Positions 15,723-25,403 are shown, numbered from the stretch's first letter. The stretch is DNA of 26,371 bases from Paludibacter sp. (GCA_009787075.1 WRGS01000231.1:1-26371), one strand, 5' to 3'. Program-made: numbers and translations. The notes: generated from the sequence alone by a model not told the origin.

Positions 15723-16316
15723 TCATTTTCTAGTAAAACCTCTGCTTTTGCGTACAAATTTTTCTTCCCAAAGTACCCACATTAAGAAAATTACAAAATA
15801 AAAAAGCAGTTTTAAGAAAATTTCATGAACAAAATAAAACCATTGAGGGTGAGATTTTACTATTATTGCTATTATGCTTATTCTGAATATGTTAAACAAA
15901 TAAATTACCGCAAGTCCTGCGGGAATATACCAAAGTTTCTTCTGCCACGGTCCGCGATAAAATGCTATTATACAAATAAATATATACGACTGCTTAATTG
16001 CCGTACAACCCCATACAATGCGAATTCCCTGTTGAACATCGGGAAACCAGATATTGTTTCCAAACCGCAGAACAGAGCCAAAACCTAAAAAGTTGATTAT
16101 TTTGTTGCAAACCATAGCAATATGCCGCACCATAAACCTGAACGGCGCAGAAACGTCAATTCCCAAAAAAGTTACAAGCGAATCCGATTCATCGCCTATG
16201 ACAAAAAATTTCCACAAGAAGTGTGCAACTGCAAGTATTACAACAAAATAAATTATACCGGAATAATGTTCGTATTTTCCAAAAATACTTTTTTCAGTTT
16301 GATTTGTGTTTCCCAT
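15723..16316 (-). CDS. Exosortase/archaeosortase-family membrane protein
   Basis: Multi-pass hydrophobic protein with candidate triad Cys (IVWGCTA), Arg (NIFRISI) and His (FVHEIF). Confidence 0.8.
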   Translation of the reverse strand: MGNTNQTEKSIFGKYEHYSGIIYFVVILAVAHFLWKFFVIGDESDSLVTFLGIDVSAPFRFMVRHIAMVCNKIINFLGFGSVLRFGNNIWFPDVQQGIRIVWGCTAIKQSYIFICIIAFYRGPWQKKLWYIPAGLAVIYLFNIFRISIIAIIVKSHPQWFYFVHEIFLKLLFYFVIFLMWVLWEEKFVRKSRGFTRK

Positions 16317-16361
16317 TTTTAAATTAATTTATATAATTTTGGTATTTTGAAATAATTCAGT

Positions 16362-17387
16362 TTAAATGGTAACTCTGGCGAACGGTACTTCTGTAAGCGC
16401 ACAAAAATCGTTTTTCAAATATTTAAAATAACCTGCCATTGCTATCATAGCGGCATTGTCGGTTGTGTAGGCAAAAGGCGGAATAAAAACATTCCAATTG
16501 TATTTTTTGCCAACATCAACAAATGCCTGCCGCAGAGCCGAATTTGCCGAAACTCCGCCTGCAAGCGCAATTTCGCTGATATTCAATTCTTTGGCTGCCA
16601 AAATCAGTTTTTTCATTAAAATATATACCACCGTTGCCTGAAGGCAAGCGCAAAGGTCGTTTATATTTTCAGAAATAAAATCAGAATTTTCTGCCTGTTT
16701 ATCTCTTAAAAAATATAAAAAAGATGTTTTCAATCCGCTAAAACTGTAATCATAGCCTTTAATATTCGGTTTGCTAAACGAAAATTTTGCAGGATTGCCT
16801 TCTTTTGCAAGTTTATCAATATGCGGACCGCCCGGATAGGGTAAGCCCATAATTTTTGCGCATTTATCGAACGCTTCGCCCGCTGCATCATCTATTGTTT
16901 GCCCGATAACCTGCATTTTGTCAAAATCATCGACAAGAATAATTTGTGAATTTCCACCGGAAACCAACAGACAAAGAAAAGGAAATTTCGGTTTGTGCTC
17001 CCCTGATTTTCCATCGTTGATAAAATGCGCCAAAACGTGTCCCTGCAAATGATTTACATCAACGAGCGGAACGCCAAGCGACTGAGCGAAACCTTTTGCA
17101 AAACTTGTTCCAACGAGCAACGAACCGAGCAAACCCGGTCCGCGCGTGAAAGCGATTGCCGAAAGTTCCGATTTGTCAATATTTGCGCGTTTCAATGCTT
17201 CCCAAACAACAGGAATAATATTCTGCTGATGTGCCCGCGATGCCAATTCAGGCACAACGCCTCCAAAAGCCGCGTGAATTTGCTGACTTGCGATAACATT
17301 CGACAGCAATACGCCATCTTGCAACACTGCTGCCGAAGTATCGTCGCATGAAGATTCTATACCCAAAATCGTTACAGGTTTCATCAT
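16362..17387 (-). CDS. tsaD: tRNA N6-adenosine threonylcarbamoyltransferase
   Basis: GIESSCDDTSAA, GGVVPELASRAH, GPGLLGSL, NHLQGH, DDAAGEAFDK, AGGVSANS, TDNAAMIA. Confidence 0.97.
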   Translation of the reverse strand: MMKPVTILGIESSCDDTSAAVLQDGVLLSNVIASQQIHAAFGGVVPELASRAHQQNIIPVVWEALKRANIDKSELSAIAFTRGPGLLGSLLVGTSFAKGFAQSLGVPLVDVNHLQGHVLAHFINDGKSGEHKPKFPFLCLLVSGGNSQIILVDDFDKMQVIGQTIDDAAGEAFDKCAKIMGLPYPGGPHIDKLAKEGNPAKFSFSKPNIKGYDYSFSGLKTSFLYFLRDKQAENSDFISENINDLCACLQATVVYILMKKLILAAKELNISEIALAGGVSANSALRQAFVDVGKKYNWNVFIPPFAYTTDNAAMIAMAGYFKYLKNDFCALTEVPFARVTI

Positions 17388-17390
17388 CTT

Positions 17391-18746
17391 TTATCTTACC
17401 CAAACCTTGTATTCCCAAGGTCCGAGTTTGATTGGGAATGTAATTGTCGATTTTTTGCCTGTAAAATATTCGGTAAATTCTTCTTTTGGAAAAACGTCAT
17501 TAGTATAAACATCGTGTTTTTTGCCGCTCAAATTCAAAGCAACAACAATTTCTTTGCCTTCTTTTTTCCGCGAAAAAATCAAAATATCTTCTGCCGCACC
17601 AACACGATTAAACATTTTCACATCGCCGCCTTGTGCGCCTGCTTTCAACGCAGGATGCGTGTGTTTGAGATTGTTAAGTTTTTTGTAAAAAGCAAAAGTG
17701 CTGTTTTTAGACCACGAAATCTGGTCTTTGTCAAAAAACTTCAAACGCCTGTTGAATCCGATTTCCTGCCCTGAATAAATCAGCGGCATTCCGGGCAAAG
17801 TATAAGTCAAAACCGCAAACGCTTGCACGCCGCCTTTATAACGCTCATATTCAGTTCCGTTCCACGAATTTTCGTCGTGATTGGTAATGAAATTCATTTT
17901 GTAAGCATCTTCGGGCAAAATGGAATCATTTTTTATCAAATAATTGCGAATTGTTTGCACGCTGCTGTCTTTGGCAACATTATTCATCAAATGCAACAAA
18001 TTCCAAGCATAATCTGCATCAAAAGCGTTGAATAGCAGTTCTGGATTTTCGGCTTCGGCAAGCATAAATACAGGCTTGATACTGTCCAAAACAATGCGCG
18101 TACTGTCCCAAAACGAAGTTGGAACTTCGCCTGCAACATCACAGCGAAAACCGTCAATATCAAAATTTGATACCCAAAATTTCATTGCATCGGTCATTGC
18201 AGCACGCATCGCGCCATTGCCATAATTGAGTTTGTAAGTGTCTGTCCAATCGTATGGACTTAAAGGATTTCCCACAGAATCAAGCATATACCAATCTTTA
18301 TGTTCGGCAAGCCAAACATTATCGCAACCGGTATGATTGGCAACCCAATCAATAATTACCTTAAAACCTTGCTCGTGCGCACTTGCAACAAGCGTTTTAA
18401 AATCGTCGGCAGTGCCAAATTCGGGATTTATGGCTTTGTAATCTTTTACAGCATAATAACTTCCGAGTTTACCTTTGCGGTTAAGTTCAGAAATTGGATT
18501 AACAGGCATAAACCACAAAACATCAACGCCTAAATCTTTCAACTGCGGCAAATATTTTTCAAAGGCTTTAAAAGTGCCTTCTTTTGTGTATTGACGCACA
18601 TTTACTTCATAAATTACAGCCGAGCGCGTCCAATCGGAATGCACAACAGGCTTTGGTTCAAATGTTTTTTTCGCGGTTTTATTGCACGAAACGACAAAAA
18701 ACGCAGCAAAAATAACTGTTAAAGAAAATAAAATCGTTTTTTTCAT
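17391..18746 (-). CDS. GH13 alpha-amylase-family lipoprotein
   Basis: Lipoprotein signal MKKTILFSLTVIFAAFFVVS-C; DWVANH; catalytic GFRCDVA, LAEAE, NHDEN. ATG 18746 is preferred over 18842. Confidence 0.92.
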   Translation of the reverse strand: MKKTILFSLTVIFAAFFVVSCNKTAKKTFEPKPVVHSDWTRSAVIYEVNVRQYTKEGTFKAFEKYLPQLKDLGVDVLWFMPVNPISELNRKGKLGSYYAVKDYKAINPEFGTADDFKTLVASAHEQGFKVIIDWVANHTGCDNVWLAEHKDWYMLDSVGNPLSPYDWTDTYKLNYGNGAMRAAMTDAMKFWVSNFDIDGFRCDVAGEVPTSFWDSTRIVLDSIKPVFMLAEAENPELLFNAFDADYAWNLLHLMNNVAKDSSVQTIRNYLIKNDSILPEDAYKMNFITNHDENSWNGTEYERYKGGVQAFAVLTYTLPGMPLIYSGQEIGFNRRLKFFDKDQISWSKNSTFAFYKKLNNLKHTHPALKAGAQGGDVKMFNRVGAAEDILIFSRKKEGKEIVVALNLSGKKHDVYTNDVFPKEEFTEYFTGKKSTITFPIKLGPWEYKVWVR

Positions 18747-18872
18747 TATAAAATTAATTTTTAAAAATTTATTAATGATTAGGATTAGAATAAATTGTTG
18801 CAAAATTACAATATTATTTTTGAAAAAATCTTTGCAAAACAAAAAATATATGAAAAATTAACTTTTAAAATT

Positions 18873-19400
18873 TCATTTCATTTTTCTGAACATTTCCCAA
18901 ATTACAATTCCTGCGGAGACGCTTACATTGAGTGAATGTTTTGTGCCAAATTGTGGAATTTCCAAACATAAATCGCTTGCGCTAACTATTTGCTGCTGAA
19001 CGCCTTTTACTTCATTTCCAAAAATTACAGCGTATTTCGCGTTTTTCTCTGTGCGAAAGTCCGCAATATTTGTACTGCCTGTTGCCTGTTCTACAGAAAT
19101 AATTGTAAAATTCTGATTTTTAAGCAATTCTATTGCCGAAAGCGTATCTTCAAAATATTGCCACTCAACAGAAAATTCCGCGCCCAAAGCGGTTTTATGA
19201 ATTTCGGCGTTAGGCGGTGTGCCGCTAACGCCACAAAGCAAAATTTTCTCCACTAAAAACGCGTCGCAAGTGCGAAAAACCGAGCCTATATTGTGCAAAC
19301 TGCGCACATTATCCAACACAACAACTAACGGAATTTTTTGTGTATTTTTAAATTCTTCGGTTGTAATTCGTTGAATTTCAGATGTTTTTAGTTTTTGCAT
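18873..19400 (-). CDS. TrmH/SpoU-family RNA 2'-O-methyltransferase
   Basis: LDNVRSLHNIGSVFRTCDAF, FGNEVKGV, IPQFGTKHSLNVSVSAG; start ATG 19400 or GTG 19403. Confidence 0.93.
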   Translation of the reverse strand: MQKLKTSEIQRITTEEFKNTQKIPLVVVLDNVRSLHNIGSVFRTCDAFLVEKILLCGVSGTPPNAEIHKTALGAEFSVEWQYFEDTLSAIELLKNQNFTIISVEQATGSTNIADFRTEKNAKYAVIFGNEVKGVQQQIVSASDLCLEIPQFGTKHSLNVSVSAGIVIWEMFRKMK

Positions 19401-19418
19401 CACTTTTATTTTTTATCA

Positions 19419-19496
19419 CAAAAATAATATTTCACTTTAAAATTTCCAAAATATTATTTTTTAAATATTTTAAACCAAAAATTTATGCTAATTTTG
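19419..19496. promoter_or_regulatory. Divergent promoter pair for the TrmH (-) and rhomboid (+) genes
   Basis: TATTTTTG on the minus strand at 19419-19426; TAATTTTG on the plus strand at 19489-19496. Confidence 0.45.
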
Positions 19497-19539
19497 CAGA
19501 AAATTTTATTAAATTTAAAAAAAACCGTATAATTATAAG

Positions 19540-20433
19540 ATGACTTTTTCTGAACAGATAAAATATCAATTTAAAAATGGCGGTGCGCATATTTCGCTGA
19601 TTTACATAAATATAGCGGTTTTTGTTCTTGCAAAAGCGGTTGAAATTGTGTGCAAACTTTTTTTGCTCAAAGGGTTTGATTTAACTTCGGTTTTGGCGAT
19701 GCCTTACGATTTATACACTTTGAGTACAAAGTTTTGGACGCCAATAACTTATATGTTTTATCACGAAAATTTTTGGCATATTCTTTTTAATATGCTTTGC
19801 CTTTATTGGTTTGGCGTTTTGTTTTTAGCAAATTTTTCTGTCAAGCAATTTGTGTCGGTTTATGTGTTTGGCGGGCTTGCCGCAGCGGCGTTTTATCTGT
19901 TAAGTTTCAATATGATACCATATTATCAACATTATTTTTCGGCGCATTTGTTTATGATGGGCGCATCAGGTGCGATTATGGCTTTGATTGCGGCTGTGGC
20001 GATGTGGCAGCCGAATGCAGAAATTCGTTTGCTTTTTATCGGCGCGGTAAAACTGAAATATATTGCCATTTTTTTTGTTGCAATAAGTTTTTTCGGCTTG
20101 GCAGGCAACAACGCAGGCGGCGAAATGGCGCATCTTGGCGGAGCGGCGGCTGGTTGGCTTTTTGCTTTTTGTCTTAAAAATAAAAATATTGATATTACCG
20201 CGTGGGTTATGTGCATAATCGATTGGTTTGCAACGACTTTCCGTCCGCGCAAACAACCGAAACTCAAATTTACAAAATTCGATTCAAGCCGAACGACAGA
20301 TGCGGAATTTAATATGGATAAGGCTCAAAATATGGAAAAAATTGACACTATTTTAGATAAAATAAAAGCATCTGGTTACGAAAGTTTAACAAATGCCGAA
20401 AAACAGTTTTTGTTTTCGCAAGGTAGAAAATAA
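19540..20433 (+). CDS. Rhomboid-family intramembrane serine protease with soluble C-terminal tail
   Basis: HILFNML, catalytic GASG, AHLGGA; C-terminal ID.ILDKIKASGYESLT..EK..LF tail typical of Bacteroidetes rhomboids. Confidence 0.93.
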   Translation: MTFSEQIKYQFKNGGAHISLIYINIAVFVLAKAVEIVCKLFLLKGFDLTSVLAMPYDLYTLSTKFWTPITYMFYHENFWHILFNMLCLYWFGVLFLANFSVKQFVSVYVFGGLAAAAFYLLSFNMIPYYQHYFSAHLFMMGASGAIMALIAAVAMWQPNAEIRLLFIGAVKLKYIAIFFVAISFFGLAGNNAGGEMAHLGGAAAGWLFAFCLKNKNIDITAWVMCIIDWFATTFRPRKQPKLKFTKFDSSRTTDAEFNMDKAQNMEKIDTILDKIKASGYESLTNAEKQFLFSQGRK

Positions 20434-20493
20434 TCTTGCCTTTTCTTCGTTGTCTGAAACAAATGAGGTGGGCTTAAAAATATTTTAAAAAAA

Positions 20494-21591
20494 ATGTTTA
20501 GAAAAATAGTACGAACAATAATTTTGCTGATAAATATTGGTTTTGCGTTGTGTTTATTGGCAACTTTGGCGGCGGGCAGCATCAATCCGAACAGTTTCCC
20601 GCTGATTTCCAATTTGTCGTTGCTATCTCCTTATCTGTTGATAGTCAATATTTTATTCTTTTTATTTTGGATTATCAGATTAAAAAAATCAGCATTGGTT
20701 TCAGGAATTGTGCTGTTGTTTTCGTTTTCGGTGGTTGGGCGCACTTATCAGGCTTTTAGAGGTACGCCCGATTTGACAGGCAAAGAAACGACTGTTAAAA
20801 TTCTGACATATAATACAATGAGCAGTTTTGATTTTAAAAAATATTCGCCATCAGATACCGCTTCAGGCTATGGTTATATTCTTGGTCAAAATGCAGATAT
20901 TATACTTTTGCAGGAATTTTGCATAAGTCAAAAGCCTGAATATATTACAAATGAGGATATTAACAAAATTTTTAAAAATTACAAATATCAATATATATGG
21001 TATCGAAATAATTCCGTATCTTTGCAGGAAAGTGGAATGGCGATTTTTTCAAAATTTCCAATTGTCAAAAAGCAAAATATTGATATAAAATCGGCGTATA
21101 ATTCTGCAATTTATGCAGATATTAAAATAAATGATTCTATTTATCGTTTTTTTAATTTGCATTTGGAATCAAATAAAATTACGGCAATGGATAATGCCCG
21201 CATCAACAAAATTATTGAAAAGCCAAACAACGCAGATTTGACAGAAACAACAAAGCTTCTCGCTCAAAAACTCAGTGAGGCGGCAAAAATTCGTGCGGGG
21301 CAGGCTGAGCAAATCGCTGAATTAATAAAAACATCGCCTCACAAAGCCATTGTTTGCGGCGATTTTAATGATGTGCCGTTTTCGTACACTTATTCCACTG
21401 TAAAAAAAGGACTTAACGATGCTTTTGTTAAGTCGGGCAAGGGATTTGGTCTTACTTACGACAGAGGATTTTATAAATTGAGAATTGATTATATTTTATG
21501 CGATAAATGCCTGAAAACAAGTGATTTGCAGGTTGATAAGAAAAAACATTCCGACCATTATCCTGTTCATTGTTTGATGTATTTTCCGTAA
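20494..21591 (+). CDS. Membrane-anchored endonuclease/exonuclease/phosphatase (EEP) family protein
   Basis: N-terminal TM helices; LTYN, LLQE, HLES, GDFND, RIDYI, SDHYP. Confidence 0.92.
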   Translation: MFRKIVRTIILLINIGFALCLLATLAAGSINPNSFPLISNLSLLSPYLLIVNILFFLFWIIRLKKSALVSGIVLLFSFSVVGRTYQAFRGTPDLTGKETTVKILTYNTMSSFDFKKYSPSDTASGYGYILGQNADIILLQEFCISQKPEYITNEDINKIFKNYKYQYIWYRNNSVSLQESGMAIFSKFPIVKKQNIDIKSAYNSAIYADIKINDSIYRFFNLHLESNKITAMDNARINKIIEKPNNADLTETTKLLAQKLSEAAKIRAGQAEQIAELIKTSPHKAIVCGDFNDVPFSYTYSTVKKGLNDAFVKSGKGFGLTYDRGFYKLRIDYILCDKCLKTSDLQVDKKKHSDHYPVHCLMYFP

Positions 21592-21651
21592 ATTGATGAA
21601 TTATTTGTTGATTTAATTATTTTTAATTTTAAAATTTTAGTTTTTTAAAAA

Positions 21652-22029
21652 ATGAATTTACCTGAAAATTTGAAATACACGAAAAACCACGAATGGTTGC
21701 GTGTGGAAGGCAATCATGCCTTTGTTGGAATTACCGATTTTGCGCAAAGCGAATTGGGCGAAATCGTGTTTGTAGAAGTTGAAACTATTGGGGAAACCTT
21801 GGCAGCAGAAGAAGCGTTTGGTTCTGTTGAGGCGGTTAAAACCGTTTCCGAATTGCTGATGCCTGTCGATGGCGATATTGTGAATTTCAACAGCGACCTC
21901 GAAGATTTCCCCGAATTTATCAATGATGACCCTTACGGCAAAGGTTGGATTATTGAGATTGTTGTTACGAATCCTGCGCAAATAGACGAATTGCTTTCGG
22001 CAGAAAGTTATAACGCATTGGTAGGTTAA
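21652..22029 (+). CDS. gcvH: Glycine cleavage system H protein
   Basis: YTKNHEW, GITDFAQSELGEIVFV, lipoyl-Lys in SVEAVKTV, INDDPYGKGW. Confidence 0.96.
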   Translation: MNLPENLKYTKNHEWLRVEGNHAFVGITDFAQSELGEIVFVEVETIGETLAAEEAFGSVEAVKTVSELLMPVDGDIVNFNSDLEDFPEFINDDPYGKGWIIEIVVTNPAQIDELLSAESYNALVG

Positions 22030-22133
22030 AACAAAAATTAACATTAAAAGGTTGAAAATCAAGCGCGTTGCCGAAAGTTCTGCGTGAAAAAATAATTTTA
22101 TTTCTCGTTTTTTAACAAAAAAAATAAAAACAA

Positions 22134-22946
22134 ATGATGTTTGAGCAACGAACAATATGGATTGCTTTTGGATTGACTATGATTGCCGGTCTTGCAACAG
22201 GCATAGGCAGTTTGATTGCTTTAATGTTCAAACGCACCAACAAAAATTTTCTATGCGCATCGTTGGGTTTTTCAGCAGGCGTAATGTTGTATGTGTCGTT
22301 TATGGAGTTAATGCCTACAGCCAAAGAAGGATTAACACAAATTTTTGGCGAAAAAACAGGAACATTATATTTGTTGTTTGCCTTTTTCGGCGGAATTGCC
22401 TTGATTACGCTGATTGACTTTTTGATTCCAGAATCCAACAATCCGCACGAATTGCAAAGCGTGGAGGATATGAGCAAACCCGATGCCGACCAAAAATCGT
22501 TGCACCGCACAGGAATTGTTGTTGCGCTGTCGCTCGCAATTCACAATTTTCCCGAAGGCATTGCCACTTTTACATCGGCATTAAGCGGACTTTCGGTAGC
22601 AATACCAATTACAATTGCTATCGCAATACACAATATACCTGAGGGCATTGCCGTGTCTGTGCCTATATATCACGCCACAGGCAACAAACGAAAAGCCTTT
22701 TGGCTGTCTTTTTTGTCTGGGTTGGCTGAACCTTTGGGTGCATTGATTGCCTACTTTTTATTGATGCAATTTTGGTCGCCTGCGGTAAATGGCATTGTGT
22801 TGGCTGCTGTTGCAGGAATTATGGTGTATATTTCATTAGATGAACTTTTGCCTACAGCCGAAAAATACGGTAAACATCATATATCCATTTCAGGACTTAT
22901 TGCTGGAATGTTTATAATGGCTTTGAGTTTGTTTCTTTTTATATGA
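22134..22946 (+). CDS. zupT: ZIP-family zinc/divalent metal transporter
   Basis: GFSAGVMLYVSF, AIHNFPEG, AIHNIPEGIAVS, SGLAEPLG, AGIMVYISLDELLP. Confidence 0.94.
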   Translation: MMFEQRTIWIAFGLTMIAGLATGIGSLIALMFKRTNKNFLCASLGFSAGVMLYVSFMELMPTAKEGLTQIFGEKTGTLYLLFAFFGGIALITLIDFLIPESNNPHELQSVEDMSKPDADQKSLHRTGIVVALSLAIHNFPEGIATFTSALSGLSVAIPITIAIAIHNIPEGIAVSVPIYHATGNKRKAFWLSFLSGLAEPLGALIAYFLLMQFWSPAVNGIVLAAVAGIMVYISLDELLPTAEKYGKHHISISGLIAGMFIMALSLFLFI

Positions 22947-23202
22947 TGAAAGGAATTGTTTAAAAATATTTTGGTACACAAATGACAATGAAACAGAAAT
23001 TTTTAAAATAATAAATATGGATTATTGACATACAGTACAAATTTGATGAAATAGTAATCGCTCAAAAATATGTAGATAAAGGTCATAAAAAAAGAAATGT
23101 AACGATTAGAATAATTGATGAAATATAACCGCATCTAATTCGCCATCAAAATAAGCAAGATTTATTTGCCTGATTATCAATAATATTTTTCCATATATCC
23201 AT

Positions 23203-23246
23203 AAAAAAAGTATGAGGCTGCTTGAGGTAGCCTCATACTTTTTTTT
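23203..23246. terminator. Bidirectional intrinsic terminator between zupT (+) and the OmpA-family gene (-)
   Basis: A7-GTATGAGGCT...AGCCTCATAC-T8. Confidence 0.9.
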
Positions 23247-23267
23247 ATGAATAATATATTTACAGTT

Positions 23268-25196
23268 TTACTTTTCGGTAATGGTAAATTCTACACGGCG
23301 GTTCTTTGCACGGCATTCGTCGCTGTCGTTTGCAGTGCAAACAGGATTACGTTTTCCTTTGCCTTCAAATGTCATGCGCGATTTGTGAATACCGCGTTTT
23401 ACCATTTCATTATAAACCGATTCTGCGCGGCGGTTCGACAGGTTATCGTTATAAGCATCGCTACCCACATCATCAGTATTTCCAACAATATGAATCTTTA
23501 TATTCGGATTTTCAATAAGCAATTCGTACAATTTCTTCAATTCAGGCTCGCTTTCAGGTTTGATTGTCGCTTTGTTGAAATCGAAGAACAGATTTTCGAG
23601 TACAATTGGCACTTCAGGCTTAATTGGGTCAAGTTCAATAATTGCCGCCGTTCTGCCTTGCGTTGTTACATTTGCTGAATTGGAAATATAACCGTGAGCG
23701 GCTGCAAGAACAATATAATTCCCTTTTTCCATAATTCGAGAAGTTTCGCCCGTTTTGCTGTCGGCATTGGTTTGGAAAATTTGTTTTCCCGTTGCCGATT
23801 CATTTACAATAATTGTTGCAGCAATAGGAAGTTTTGTTTCAGAGTCAATCGTTTTAACTGTCAGCACAGGTTTATGCACAAGTTGAATAACCATAGTATC
23901 CGCTTTTGTCGATGGCGATATATTATCTGTAAATGGCTCGTAATCGTTCATTGTAACATCAAGCGAATAAGTTCCGTCAGCCATCAAACGCGAGGCAACG
24001 CCTGTTTTGCGATTTGCAGTAAGTTTTCCCACTTGCCGCCCCTGATTATTTTTGAGCGAAAGTAGAGCAGGAATTCCCTCACCCGTTTCCGAATCTATAA
24101 CGCGGGCAGTAAAGCGCGGACGCACTGGACGAACATATTTGCGGTCGGGAGTGAGGTCGAAAAACGCGGTAAATTTCACGCCAATAAGCATAGAATTAAC
24201 TTTTTTGCCAAACGATTCGGGCGATTTAAAAGCAGAATTTATTTTGACATCTGCAGGATTTAAACCCATATTAACATTATTTGCAGTTAATATATCAGGA
24301 CGGGAAATCAAACCGCCGTTTCCTTGCAAATAATCACTCATATCAATATTATTATTATGAATATCAGCAAATCCATAATCTGCAAACAGCCCCACACGAT
24401 ATGAAATCCGCTTTTCATAATTTCTCTGACGGTCGCGGCGTTGAGGCGCGCCATAAATCCATTTATCAAGATAAACGCCAAACTCAACCGAGCCAATAAA
24501 ATTGGCGTTAAATTTCAATCCTTCTTTTGTTGCGCTGATTTCTTTGTTATTAATAATTCCGTGATTTGGAATATCAGTCATTAAATCAATAAATTGAGGG
24601 TCGTCTGCTTCTGCGCTGAATTTACCTTTTGAAGAAGAAAAACCCAGAAAATTTACTCCATATTTTGCGCCTACTGTTGCATAAAACAAATCGTTAAACC
24701 GATAGCCAACATTAAACGGAATATTTACATAACCTGCATTTTGAACATCGGAAACTTTACTGAATTTATAATTATAAATGATGTCCAACCCATTCTGCAA
24801 GTAAGGATAGTAATAATCAATATGTTGTTCAAAATTATTAAATGTAGTTTTAGAATTTAAATAATTAAATTCCACGCCCGCTCCAAACATAAATTTGCCA
24901 ATACTTCCCTGATAACCAACGCCAAGCATGCCGCCGAATCCACCGGGAATTTTTGTTCCTAATGAAATATCTTCTACTCCTGTTCGCTGATAATAATAAG
25001 AAAGGTCTCGGGCATAAGTAACGTCCTGCGTTTGGTTAATACCGTGTCCCAAACGTGAATATCCTGCTCCAAACCATACAGCCAAATTGTGTCGGAATCC
25101 TTCGAGAATATACTCATCTTGCGCCTGCAATTTGCCACTTTGTATGCAAAAAAGCGTCAAAATTGCAATCATCAAAAATCTAAATTTTTTATTCAT
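23268..25196 (-). CDS. Large OmpA-family protein: N-terminal beta-barrel, two tandem Ig/CarboxypepD_reg-like repeats, C-terminal OmpA peptidoglycan-binding domain
   Basis: Signal peptide; beta-strand-rich N-terminal half; repeats starting RVIDSETG and KTIDSETK; FDFNKATIKPES, GNTDDVGSDAYNDNLSNRRA, NRRVEF. Confidence 0.9.
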   Translation of the reverse strand: MNKKFRFLMIAILTLFCIQSGKLQAQDEYILEGFRHNLAVWFGAGYSRLGHGINQTQDVTYARDLSYYYQRTGVEDISLGTKIPGGFGGMLGVGYQGSIGKFMFGAGVEFNYLNSKTTFNNFEQHIDYYYPYLQNGLDIIYNYKFSKVSDVQNAGYVNIPFNVGYRFNDLFYATVGAKYGVNFLGFSSSKGKFSAEADDPQFIDLMTDIPNHGIINNKEISATKEGLKFNANFIGSVEFGVYLDKWIYGAPQRRDRQRNYEKRISYRVGLFADYGFADIHNNNIDMSDYLQGNGGLISRPDILTANNVNMGLNPADVKINSAFKSPESFGKKVNSMLIGVKFTAFFDLTPDRKYVRPVRPRFTARVIDSETGEGIPALLSLKNNQGRQVGKLTANRKTGVASRLMADGTYSLDVTMNDYEPFTDNISPSTKADTMVIQLVHKPVLTVKTIDSETKLPIAATIIVNESATGKQIFQTNADSKTGETSRIMEKGNYIVLAAAHGYISNSANVTTQGRTAAIIELDPIKPEVPIVLENLFFDFNKATIKPESEPELKKLYELLIENPNIKIHIVGNTDDVGSDAYNDNLSNRRAESVYNEMVKRGIHKSRMTFEGKGKRNPVCTANDSDECRAKNRRVEFTITEK

Positions 25197-25299
25197 TATT
25201 TTTAATATGTTTTGATTTTGTACTTATTCTGAAAATTATTTTATCGCTGCTTATGAGCATTGTTTTTTCAATAAAAAGCAATGACTTACATTAAAAATG

Positions 25300-25307
25300 C
25301 AAAATTA
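25300..25307 (-). promoter_or_regulatory. Putative -7 element of the OmpA-family gene
   Basis: TAATTTTG on the minus strand, about 100 bp upstream of the ATG. Confidence 0.45.
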
Positions 25308-25367
25308 CTATTTTTTTTGTATATACTATTTTTTTTTTAAAAGTTTTTTTGTAATAATATTTGTAAA

Positions 25368-25403
25368 AAAAAGAGATTGTCTTTTATGAAACAATCTCTT
25401 TTT
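25368..25403 (-). terminator. Intrinsic terminator of the infC-rpmI-rplT operon
   Basis: AAAAAGAGATTGT / ACAATCTCTTTTT 13-bp inverted repeat with a 10-nt loop, 17 bp after the rplT stop. Confidence 0.85.

Noticed and set aside
21652-22029. gcvH without gcvT/gcvP next to it
   Set aside because: Dispersed glycine-cleavage genes are normal in Bacteroidales
22030-22133. Possible Fur/Zur box upstream of zupT linking it to the Fur-TBDR regulon
   Set aside because: Only a half-site (GTTGC) is present; no GCAAC-N3-GTTGC match found
25258-25283. Hairpin CATTGTTTTTT / AAAAAGCAATG in the ompA leader as a riboswitch or thermometer
   Set aside because: Weak AT-rich stem with a mismatch on the coding strand; no known aptamer features
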